In this document: positions 1 to 10,700 of the stretch, piece by piece
Position numbering within the stretch: the stretch's first letter is position 1
Layout: each line of letters starts with the position of its first letter
From: Desulfobacterales bacterium
Lineage (GTDB): Bacteria > Desulfobacterota > Desulfobacteria > Desulfobacterales > UBA2174
Length of the DNA: 64,000 nt
Assembly (NCBI GenBank): GCA_963668645.2
Contig: CAXXWC010000010.1
Location: 128,001-192,000 of the forward strand
Reading direction: 5' to 3'
Notes under the pieces: generated by a model
What the model saw: the letters and a program-made list of their open reading frames with translations, nothing else
What the model was told of the DNA's origin: nothing
Databases searched by the model: none
Program-made: the position numbers and the translations under genes

Positions 1-2
1 TC

Positions 3-1472
3 GACTCGGGCGTGGCCTGCCAGCACCCGGATCTGGCGGCCAATATCTGGGTCAACCAGGCCGAGCGCGACGGGATCGCCGGTTTCGACGACGACGACAA
101 CGGGTATGTGGACGACGTGATGGGATGGGATTTCGCCGGCGCCTCCGGCACGCAAACCGATCCGGACGCCGATCCTTCCGACAGCTCCGCCAGCGGCCAC
201 GGCACCCACGTGGCCGGCATCATCGCCGCGGTGGGCAACAACGCCCAGGGCGTCGCCGGACTTTGCTGGAGCGCAAGGCTCATGGTTCTCAAGGTCAAGG
301 CCGACGATTCCGAGTACTACGACACCTACGACATCATCCAGGCCCTGGACTATGCCCGTGAAAACGGGGCACGGATCGTCAACTGCAGCTTCGGTGGACC
401 GGACCGGTCCGATCTGGAGCAAGATGCGTTCCAGCGCCTCCAGGACGCCGGCATCATCACCGTTTGTGCGGCCGGCAACAGCGGGCTCGATCTGGACGGC
501 GGGCAACCGCTCTATCCGGCCAGCTACAATCTGGCCAACATCATCGCCGTGGCCGCCGCCACCCCGACCGACACGCTGGCCGCTTTTTCCAACTGGGGGC
601 CGCTCTCGGTGGACCTGATGGCCCCGGGAGAGCAGATCTACTCGACGGTTCCCGGCGACTCCTACGCCGAGGCCAGGGTGATAGCGCCGCATGCGGTCCA
701 TCCGGCCATCGGGCTGCTCTACGCCGGCACCACCGAAGCGGAAGGCATCACGGGTGAATTGGTCGAATGCGGCGAAGGGTATGCCGATGAGTTTCCATCC
801 GGACTCCAGGACTATGTGGCGCTGATCTGGCGCAGCGACGCGGCGGCCAATTTTCTCTTCTCCCGCAAGGTGGCCAACGCCCAGGCCGCCGGGGCCGCTG
901 CGGTGATCATCGCCAACAATCGGGTCGACGACCTGGATCAGAACGGCGGCACCCTGGGGACTGCCGGAAGCTGGCCGCCGGCGGTCAGCGTGACCCAGAC
1001 CGCTGGCCAGGCCCTGGTGACAAAGGCCGGCCAAACGGTGGCCGTCGTCAACCGGCTGGAAACGACCCCCGAGGCTTATGCCTACAGCCAGGGCACCTCT
1101 ATGGCCGCTCCGCATGTCAGCGCACTGGCGGGTCTGATCTGGTCCCGTAACGGGCCCATGGCGGACCATCAAGTCAAGGCGGCGATTCTGGAGGGCGTGG
1201 ACCGGATAGCGGGACTGAGTGGCAAGCTGGTCTCAGGCGGCCGCGTCAACGCCCAGAAAACCCTTTGCATCGCCGCGCGGGTCAACGGAGATTTGAATTG
1301 CGACGGCCGGGCAGGATTGGAAGACGCCATCAGCGCCGTGCAGTTGATCGCCGGGCAGCATCCGTTCGCCTGCCGGGCCTGCCTGGCGGCCGGTACCGAT
1401 CCGTTGCCGGATGGAATCGTTTCCCAGGCCGATGCCGTAGCCGTGTTACAGCACCTGGCCGGGTTGAGATGA
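3..1472 (+). CDS. S8 (subtilisin-like) serine peptidase with PA insert and C-terminal dockerin-like duplicated Ca-binding motif; 5'-truncated by window
   Basis: Catalytic motifs D-S-G (nt 3-11, frame open from the window edge), GHGTHVAG, AAGN and GTSMAAPHV. PA-like insert KVANAQAAGAAAVII. C-terminal pair GDLNCDGRAGLEDAI / DGIVSQADAVAVLQ. Confidence 0.9.
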   Translation, partial: DSGVACQHPDLAANIWVNQAERDGIAGFDDDDNGYVDDVMGWDFAGASGTQTDPDADPSDSSASGHGTHVAGIIAAVGNNAQGVAGLCWSARLMVLKVKADDSEYYDTYDIIQALDYARENGARIVNCSFGGPDRSDLEQDAFQRLQDAGIITVCAAGNSGLDLDGGQPLYPASYNLANIIAVAAATPTDTLAAFSNWGPLSVDLMAPGEQIYSTVPGDSYAEARVIAPHAVHPAIGLLYAGTTEAEGITGELVECGEGYADEFPSGLQDYVALIWRSDAAANFLFSRKVANAQAAGAAAVIIANNRVDDLDQNGGTLGTAGSWPPAVSVTQTAGQALVTKAGQTVAVVNRLETTPEAYAYSQGTSMAAPHVSALAGLIWSRNGPMADHQVKAAILEGVDRIAGLSGKLVSGGRVNAQKTLCIAARVNGDLNCDGRAGLEDAISAVQLIAGQHPFACRACLAAGTDPLPDGIVSQADAVAVLQHLAGLR

Positions 1473-1755
1473 TGGCCGCCCGGCTCCAACCGGCGGCTGC
1501 AGGGGTTATCCCCGGATCGCCGCTGCCCGCCCGGCAGGCGCCGACCTTTCTTTCGCCAATTTTCCCGATCCGGCCTCCAACGCTTCATTCCCCTCGCTAA
1601 AATCGAAAAATCTCGGATTCAGAGGGAATCGCTAAAGGACCGTGGCGGTCCCTTGACAAGGGTGGGAGTTTCTTGTTAGTCGATCTATTTATATCTCATC
1701 AGCCAGCCCAAGAAGCGATTTTCTTTAAATAAATTGGCGTGTCAAAAAGCAATTT

Positions 1756-1780
1756 AAAGTGGAGCGCAAGGCTCCACTTT
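1756..1780. terminator. Perfect 10-bp hairpin flanked by A/T runs (terminator- or attenuator-like)
   Basis: AAAGTGGAGC-GCAAG-GCTCCACTTT, between the S8 gene and the TPR gene. Confidence 0.5.
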
Positions 1781-1954
1781 GATCATTCTTGAACCGGATT
1801 TGCGCACAGACTGACAAGCCTCTCGCACCAGAGACATCCGCTTGTCAGGGAAAGCCCGATGCGACCTCTTACCGCGAAAACCATAGCCGTTCAGGCTGGC
1901 AGCGATATGCCGGCCGCCCTGCCTATTACCTGTCCGATGGAGGAAAATGCGCCC

Positions 1955-3460
1955 ATGAGTTCTCTGCTTAGATCCTTAGGGCTTGCCGCTTTGATAACGG
2001 TGGTCTGCTCGCCTTTGTGCGCCCGGGCACAGGTGGGCAGGGCCTACTACGACGCCGGGGTTTTCGCCTATGAAGACGGAGACTACGCCCGGGCAGAAGC
2101 CCAATTGAAAAAAGCGGTATCCATCGAACCACAAAATCCGTACATCCTGCATTACCTGGGCAAGACCTATCTGGCCACCGGGCGCTTCACAGAGGCGGCC
2201 GGCCTTCTGGAACAGGCCTGGCGCATCGAGCCGCGCATACCGGAACTGGCATATGACCTGGCCACCGGCTATTTCAAGATGGAAAACTATCCGCAGGCGA
2301 TCCGCTTTTACGATGCGGCCCTTTGCGAGGATCCGTCGGCCGTTCTGGCCAGATATTACCTCGGCATCAGTTACCTTAAGACCGAACAATACCAACAAGC
2401 CCTCGACCATCTTTTGCTGGCCGCCGACCGGAGCCCCACCATCCGGGACAACGGGTATTATTTCGCCGGAGTTTGTTACCAGCGGCTCGACCGATTGGAG
2501 AAAGCCGTTGAAAAGTTCACCTACGTCATGGACAACGCCGCTTCGTCCAGCCTGCGTGAAAATGCACGGCACTGCCTGGCGGCCGTCAACCGCCAGCGGC
2601 GATCGATCAAGCGTTACAGCCTCTATTTTCAAACGGGTTACATCAACGACAGCAATGTGCTGCTCGAAGCCGTTGGCCAGGACTTGCCCTCGGGAAAGCG
2701 CGACAGCGCCGTGTTCGGCTATTTTTCCGGCAGTTATGACTTTCTCAAGACCGGGACCTGGACCCTTGGCGCCGGCTACAGCCATTACCACCTCGACTAC
2801 CAGCGCCACGACGAATTCGATCTTGGCGCCAGTCTTCCCCGGATCTACCTTCGCAAGCGATTCGAACCGGTGGTTTTCTCCTTGACCTATACCCCCCAGT
2901 ACTACTGGCTGGGCAATGACGATTACTTGAAAAAACACGAGATCCGCCCCGACCTGCTCTGGCGCATCACCTCCAGTCTGGACGCCCGCCTGGCTTATGC
3001 CCATGAGGTCAAGGATTACTTTGACGCCATCGATCTTTCCGGGCACGCCGACAAGGTCGATGCAGATCTTTTTTTCACCCTGCCCGGCAATCGGCTCCAG
3101 TTGCATGGCGGCGGCGGCCATGAGGTCAACAGCGCCGATGTTTCGGCTCAGGACTACCGGCGCACCCAATTGCGGCTGGGCGCGATGGCCTGCCTGCCCT
3201 GGGCGTTGCGGCTGCACGTCACGGGAAAATATACGTTCAAGGACTACCCGAATCCAAACCCGGCTCTGGGCCATTTGAAACGGGAGGATGAGACCCTGGA
3301 AGCACTTGCCAACCTGTCCCGCGGCATTTTCTACGACTGGCTGCAGATTACGGCCGAATACCGCTACACCCGGAACGACTCCAATATCCGTTACAACGAC
3401 GTCGACATCTTCGATTATGACCGCCATCAGGTGACCGTGTCCCTGACGGCCAGCTTCTGA
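1955..3460 (+). CDS. TPR-repeat outer-membrane beta-barrel protein (Slam/DUF560-like architecture)
   Basis: GGAGG upstream of ATG 1955. Signal peptide ending ARA-Q, about six TPR-like helical repeats (YLGKTYL, YYLGISYL, YFAGVCYQ), then an aromatic-rich beta-strand region ending VTVSLTASF with a terminal Phe. Confidence 0.75.
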   Translation: MSSLLRSLGLAALITVVCSPLCARAQVGRAYYDAGVFAYEDGDYARAEAQLKKAVSIEPQNPYILHYLGKTYLATGRFTEAAGLLEQAWRIEPRIPELAYDLATGYFKMENYPQAIRFYDAALCEDPSAVLARYYLGISYLKTEQYQQALDHLLLAADRSPTIRDNGYYFAGVCYQRLDRLEKAVEKFTYVMDNAASSSLRENARHCLAAVNRQRRSIKRYSLYFQTGYINDSNVLLEAVGQDLPSGKRDSAVFGYFSGSYDFLKTGTWTLGAGYSHYHLDYQRHDEFDLGASLPRIYLRKRFEPVVFSLTYTPQYYWLGNDDYLKKHEIRPDLLWRITSSLDARLAYAHEVKDYFDAIDLSGHADKVDADLFFTLPGNRLQLHGGGGHEVNSADVSAQDYRRTQLRLGAMACLPWALRLHVTGKYTFKDYPNPNPALGHLKREDETLEALANLSRGIFYDWLQITAEYRYTRNDSNIRYNDVDIFDYDRHQVTVSLTASF

Positions 3461-3492
3461 AAGCTTGCAGGGTGGAAGACGAGGAAAGACGC

Positions 3493-4617
3493 ATGCGTAA
3501 AATCTTCATGATGCTGATAGGGCTCATGCTGACGGCGGGCTGTTTCGGGGCTAAGGCAAACGCTCAGGATTTGATTCCCTCCGCGATGCCCATCGAAGAC
3601 GAATACCGCCAGGGCATCGGAAAGCCGGTGGGCACCGTCGTCACGGCAAGAGGCGAGGTGGTCATCATCCACAAGGGTGAAACCACCGGCTTTCGGGCCA
3701 GAAAAGGACTGGATCTTTTCGAGGCCGACACGGTGGTCTGCCTGGACGAAAGCCTGGCGATCCTGGAAACGGCGGACGGAAGCCGTCTGAGCCTGGCCGC
3801 CCGGACCCGCCTGAAACTGACCAGAAGCGTTTTCAGCGCCAGAGACAAGGATCGCTCTTCCTTCTTTAATCTGGCGATCGGGAAAGCCCGTTTTTGGATC
3901 ACCAAGCTGGCCGACTTCAAGCGGTCCGAGGTGCGCGTGATGACGCCCACCGCTATATTGGGGGTCCGCGGTTCCGACTTCATCGTGACAGCAACCCAGA
4001 CCATCACCCAGGTCACCACCCTGGAAGATACACTCCTGGAGGTCTTCAACAAGCTTCTGCCCGAACGGCCGCCTGTCATGATGGCATCGTTCCAGCGCTC
4101 TATGGTGGAAACCACCACCCCGCCCACGCTGCCCGAACCGATTACGCAGCAAGAGGCCGCCGACATCGTCACGGACGTGCCAAACGGGCAACAGGACGTC
4201 GAGAGTGAAAAAGAGACCGCATCGGCCAGTGCCGTCGCTGACAGTACCGCAACCGAGACGAAAACAGACACCAGCGTGTCAGAGAGCCAAATCCGGGTCC
4301 GGACCGACACCGTGATCGAGCCCGAACTTGCAGCGACCGCCTCCGGCACGGCTGCAGAAAGCAACGTGACTGAAGCGCAAACCGGCACGACAAGTTATCG
4401 CCAGGCGACCCTGGTCGAAGAGACGGCGTTGATCCCGCCCGAGGAGATCCCCGAGGCGATCCTCACGCAGACCGAAACGCCCGGCATTGAGACCTTCGAC
4501 AGCGATCGCCAGGAACAGATCAGCAGCATCCAGGAAACCCAGGACAACAGCCTCAAAGAAGTCCAGGAGGAGAACGTGGTGACGCGATTGCCTGATTTTC
4601 CGTTGCCGCCAAAGTAG
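3493..4617 (+). CDS. Secreted FecR-domain protein with acidic Thr/Glu-rich C-terminal extension
   Basis: GAGG RBS and signal peptide (AKANA-Q). FecR-type motifs DGSRLSLAART and TPTAILGVRGSDF. Low-complexity tail ending LPDFPLPPK. Confidence 0.8.
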   Translation: MRKIFMMLIGLMLTAGCFGAKANAQDLIPSAMPIEDEYRQGIGKPVGTVVTARGEVVIIHKGETTGFRARKGLDLFEADTVVCLDESLAILETADGSRLSLAARTRLKLTRSVFSARDKDRSSFFNLAIGKARFWITKLADFKRSEVRVMTPTAILGVRGSDFIVTATQTITQVTTLEDTLLEVFNKLLPERPPVMMASFQRSMVETTTPPTLPEPITQQEAADIVTDVPNGQQDVESEKETASASAVADSTATETKTDTSVSESQIRVRTDTVIEPELAATASGTAAESNVTEAQTGTTSYRQATLVEETALIPPEEIPEAILTQTETPGIETFDSDRQEQISSIQETQDNSLKEVQEENVVTRLPDFPLPPK

Positions 4618-4710
4618 GGTTGGAGCGCTGCTGCGGTCCTTTTGACCGTCCATCGCCCTGAATCCGAAGGATCGGACTTCAGGCCAAGCACTCTTTCAGG
4701 GAGTCTTCCT

Positions 4711-7700
4711 ATGTCACGCCACTCTTCTTCTGCGGGCTACGGTTTGAGAAGCATCCTGCTGGTCTTGATGGTCGTCTGTGGTTTGATCGCGCCCACCTTT
4801 TGGGGTGGAAATCTTTTTGCAGTGGGCGAAGCGTTGACCTTCAACGGCTCCGTGATGCATCGGATCGGGGCGGATGGAAATGACTATACCGTTTTTGACG
4901 TTGAAATGATCAATTTCAGCGGGAACTTGCCGGATGACATCGGCCAGATCTCCGTAACCTACGATAACGGAACCGGCCAGCCCGTGGATCTCGGTCTGAC
5001 CAAGGCCGACTTTACCTATTATTCTCAATTCAACGAATTTTACTGCCAAACCCAGGGCGCTCCGGCTCTGGGCACTTACACCTTTACCGTCACCGCCGGG
5101 CAAACCGAGTCCGCCGACACCGATACCCAGACCGTCATCCGCGACCTGCCGGTGCCCTACAACGGCAGTCTCTACCCGCTGGCCGACAGCACGATCTACC
5201 GGCCCAGGCCGACCTTCTCCTGGCAGCCGCTGGCCTGGTACACCGAAACGCCGCTTTACTACCGCTTTGAAATCGCCGACGACAACAACGGTAATGCGGG
5301 CGAGCGGGTGTTCGCCACCCAGCGCCACCCGGACATGTTCCATTTCACCCTGGATGCTGACGCCAACCCCGGCTATCCCGTGACGATTCCCACCCTGACG
5401 CCGGGTGCCACCTACTGGTGGCGGGTGCGCGTCACCGATGCGGACAGCTACAAAGCCACCGAGAACCGCCATGACACCGAATGGCGCAAGTTCACCATGG
5501 CCGCGGCCTTTCCCGCATATGCCCAGCCGCCGTTCATCACCGACGACACCCTGGGGGCGATCACCTATTCGAGGCCGGACTCCGATCCGGTGCTCTACTT
5601 CTGGATGAAGGTGGTCGATAACGAGGGAATCCCCGAGGGCGGCACCACCCATCAGGTCAAGGTGGCCACGCCGGCCGGGTCCCCGGCGGCGGGAATGGAG
5701 CTGATGCTCCGTTTTTACCAGGGTCTGGATTGGGATGCCGGACTGAACCGCTACCGGGCTGCTTATTACGAAAGCGATTTTATCTATACCGGAGACGCCG
5801 AGATCGCCGATTTTGCCGGAGATTATCTGTTTACGGTCACCGACACGAGCGGCAATTCGTCGAGCTTTACCGACAACCTGACCGTCAGCCCGGTCGAGCC
5901 GGTGGCCCAGGCCTCCATCCGGATTGAAGGGCAATCGCTGGATGCCGCGCCGGCCCCTCCAACCGTCACCACCACCCCGACCTTCACCTGGGATCCGTCC
6001 GCCAGCCCCAACACCAGCCATTACCGGGTCAGAATATATCAGAACAATGCAACGACGGTGGTTTGGAACGGGATTACCGCCGATACGACCTGCACCGTGC
6101 CGCCCGGGGTCCTGGAGACCGACAGTACTTATCGATTCCGGGTGGAGGCCCGGGACGGCCACAATGGCCTGGAGATGGACAACTGGGCCCGAACGCCGGC
6201 AAACCCTGAAGATTATTTTGTATTTTACACCGGACAGTCCGGCGCCAGCACCCCTTTCATCGATCTGAACTACCACGGGGTGTTTTCCAACACCCGGGAA
6301 CTTTACGGCACCTCGCTCAGCTTCTGGGTCAAGGTGCACGACGCCCAGGGGGTGCCGGGCAACATCAAGTCCGTCAAGGTGACCTGGAACGACGGGACGG
6401 CCCAGGAGGAACACCTCTATTATGATCCGAACCGGGGGGGCGACACCACCAGCGGTATATACTGGTGCGAGACCTTTCATGGGCCTTCAAACGCCACCTA
6501 CACATTCATCGTGGAAGACTGGGACGGAAACACGAACAGAGTGACGGAGGTCTTGGCGGCAAATCCCATCGGATTTCCGCCCGCCGCTTCCCTCGGTCCC
6601 AATCCGTCCTTGAACACGCCCTTGGACAGCACCGGGGTAAACTTCTCCTGGGATGCGGTGCCCGGGGCCGCTTTCTACAGGGTTCGCATCTTTGACAAGT
6701 ACTCGAATCGATACGATTTCAACACGACCGACAATTTTCTGGCCCTGCCCCCCGGCTTTCTCGAAGACGGCGCCTTTTACCGCTACAAGATTCAATCCCA
6801 GAGGGAATTTCTTGAAGAAAATATCGACAACCTGTCCGAGAGCCCTTTCGACAGCTACGACTATCCCGATTTCATGACCAGTGCCCGGGCCGGCGGCACA
6901 AGCCCGCCAACCATCGATCTGGGCGATGCAGGGGCCTGTGTGCAGGTCATGAACGTCCCCTTCCTTGACGGGGCGATCTATGTGCTCTTGCTGGATGCCG
7001 ACGTCACCGACCCCGACGGGGTGCCGGAAAACATCAAGACGGTGACGGTGACCTACCCGGACGGCATCACCACCCGCGAGTTGTCGTTGGATGACGTCAC
7101 CGGGACCACCGCCGGCGATTACCAGGCACAGGTGATCGTTTTCGCCGATCCGGCCGAAATCCAGCAAGGCGTCTACACTTTCACGGTCACCGATTTTGAC
7201 GGCAACTCGGCAACGGTCACCGACACCCTGACGGTCGATCCGCTGCCGGAAGCGGTCACCCCCCTGTGGCCCCAGCCAGACGGGGTGGCACCGGTCACCG
7301 GCACGGCCATCGACTGGACCGACGTTCCCGGGGCCGCCGCCTATGTTGTCGAAATCAAGAAAGATTATGAAGAAATTCACAAAAGCGAACCGATGACTCA
7401 AAGTTACTACCAGGTGCCGGACGGCGTGCTGGCCGACAAGGGCACCTACAGCTATCGAATCTTTGCGCTGCGCGAGGATCCGACCACAGAGGATGTAGAC
7501 AACGTTTTCAGTACGGACGTGGCATCCGACAGCGAAGAGCCCCACTTCATGGCGTTGAGTCTGGTGGACACAGACGGCGACGGGATGGACGACAACTGGG
7601 AGATCCAGTGGTTCGGCAACACTGCGACCGCCGGTGCCGCCACCGACTTCGATTCGGACGCTCTGGCGGATATCGATGAATACGCCAACAGCACCAATCC

Positions 7701-10700
7701 AACCTCCTCCGACACCGACGGCGACAGCCTGACAGACGCAGAAGAGGTCAATACGTACAACACCGATCCGCTTTCAACCGATACGGATGGAGATGGAATT
7801 CCAGACGATTATGAGATTGCCAACTGGATGGACCCGCTGGTGGATGACAGCGCCGAAGACGCAGACGGCGACGGTCTGAGCAACCTGGAAGAGTACAATG
7901 CCGGCACGGATCCGTTCAAGGCCGACACGGACGGCGACGGGATGCGGGACGACTACGAGATCGCCAACGGTCTCGACCCGTTCGTGGACGACGGGGCAGC
8001 GGACCTGGACGGCGACGGTCTGAGCAATCTGGCCGAATACCAGGCCGGCACGGCGGCCAACAACGCCGACAGCGACGGCGACGGCTATACCGACAATGAA
8101 GAAATCACGGCCGGCAGCGATCCGCTGGTGGCCGCGGACACGCCGGAGCGCCTGGCGCTGATCGCGCTTTACAACGCCACGGGCGGGGCCGGCTGGACAG
8201 ACAACACCAACTGGATGGACCAGGCCGGCTCGGAGTGCACCTGGTACGGGGTCACCTGCGATGGCGGCGGCCATGTCACCCAGATCGACCTTTCCGAAAA
8301 CAATCTTACCGGCCCGCTGCCGCCAGAGCTGGGCGATCTGAAATACCTCGAATCCTTGTTTTTGCAGTCCAACCAGATCAGCGGTGCCGTTCCACCTCAG
8401 ATCGGCAACCTTGTCAACCTGACGCACATGGATTTGTCCACCAACCAGTTTTCCGGTTCGATTCCCGCCGAACTGGGCAACCTCTTGAACCTGCAATCGC
8501 TTTATGCCTCGTTCAACCAGTTCGACGGCACCTTGCCACCCGAATTGGGGAACCTGACGAATCTGCAATCGCTCTACCTGGTGGCGAACCAGTTGACAGG
8601 ATCGATCCCGGCCCAGTTTGCAAACATGGCGGCGCTGACCGGATTGTTTCTAAACAACAACCAGATCAGCGGGACCATCCCTCCGGAACTCGGGAACCTG
8701 GCGGGTCTGCAATACCTCTACCTGAGAAGCAACCAGCTCGAGGGGAGTATACCCGCCGCCCTGGGCGGTCTTACCAACCTTTTGGATCTGGATCTGACCT
8801 ACAATCAACTCAGCGACAGTATCCCTGCAGAACTGGGGAACCTTTCCAATCTGCATCGCTTGGAGCTGGCAGCCAATCAACTGGACGGCGATATTCCCGT
8901 GGAGCTGGGAAGCCTGGCAAGACTAGAAGACATGGACCTGGCATACAACGCGCTCACCGGAAGTATCCCCACCACATTGGGAAGCTTGGCGCTTCTCACC
9001 GGTTTGTATCTCGACAATAATCAACTCACAGGTGCCATTCCGGCTGAATTGGGGAACCTGACGCATCTCAATACTCTCAATCTGCAGTACAACTTTTTGA
9101 CAGGGCCCATCCCTGCCGAGCTGGAGAGCCTGGCAAACCTGGAATACCTTCATATCAACAACAACCAGCTGGACGGTCCGGTGCCGCTGGAGATCACCAA
9201 CCTGACGGCCCTGGTGGACAACGGGAGCGATTTTCGCGACAACCGCCTCTATACCGACGATGATGCCATCCGCAGTTTCATGAACGCCAAACAGATCGAC
9301 GGGGACTGGGAAAGCTCCCAGCTCGGCACGATCACCGTGTCGCTGGCGGCCGGGACCGCGACTGCCGAAGGAGACCAGATCACCTACACGGCGACTGCCA
9401 GTGACCCGCCCCAGGGCAATCTCACCGTAACACTTTCCAACGGCGCCACAATCGACATCGCCGCCGGAACCACCAGCGGAAACGTGGCTGTGGATGCCCC
9501 CGGGGACGATCCCTACCTCGATGCCGAAGACGTTTCGGTCCATATCACGGATGCTGCCAGCGACGGCCAGGACCAGATAGTGATAGACGCAACCCCGGCG
9601 GTCACCCAGATCACCGATACCATCGACACGACCACCGTAGAGCTGTCCGCCCCGGCGCTGGCGCCCGAAGCCGGCCAGATCACCTACACGGCCACGCTTG
9701 ACAATCCTACCCAGGCCGCGCTGGCGGTAAACCTGTCCAACGGGGAAACCATCACCATCGCCGCCGGCGCCGACAGCGGCAGCGTGACAGTCGATGCCCC
9801 CAACCAGGCCGGAGAGGTTCAGGCCCATATTACCGGCACAGGGGCGAGCACCTTCGAACAGCTCGACATTGACGCGACCCCCGCCGTCACCCAGATTTCC
9901 GGCATCCTCGACAGCGATGGCGACGGGATGGCGGACGGCTACGAAAACATCAACGATCTCGATCCGTCGACCGATGACAGCGCCGGCGACCTGGACGGTG
10001 ACGGGCTTTCCAACCTGGCCGAATACCAAGCCGGCACGGCGGCCAACAACGCCGACAGCGACGGAGACAAATTTTCCGATGGGCTTGAGAGCCAAGATCA
10101 GACCAGCCCACTGAATAACGCGGATCACCGGATTCTGCCGCCGGTGACCGGCCGGATTCCGGACACTGGGCAGACGACCTCATACACCACCGTCTTCGGT
10201 GAGGATAACGATTACCTGATCAATCCGCCCGAGTACCTGAAGATGGACGCGGCCGGCAACTACCTGCCGGACAGCGCAACCGCATGGGCGATGGTTTATG
10301 ACGCGGTGACCGGGTTGATCTGGGAGGTGAAGCACAACAGGGACGGGATCCTGAACTATGCGGATCCCGGCGACGGGGACAACACCTACACCTGGTACGA
10401 CAGCAACCCGGCGAACAACGGCGGGGCTGCCGGCAGCCCGGGCGAGGGCACGGACACCGAGGATTTCATCGCAGGGCTTAATGCCGCCAATTACGGGGGG
10501 CATTCCGACTGGCGCCTGCCGACCCGAAAAGAGCTTCGCCGCATCGTGAATTACGGACGCCATGACCCGAGTATCGATACAACCTTTTTCCCGAACACGC
10601 AGCCGGCCCACTACTGGTCGTCGACTACCCACGCCGGTGGTACCGAAAACGCATGGTTCCTGCATTTTCTTTCCGGTTACGCCAACAGCAGCGATAAGTC

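Noticed and set aside
1734..1751. Sigma-54 promoter TTGGCGTG...AAGCA upstream of the TPR gene
   Set aside because: GG-to-GC spacing is 11 nt, not the required 10.
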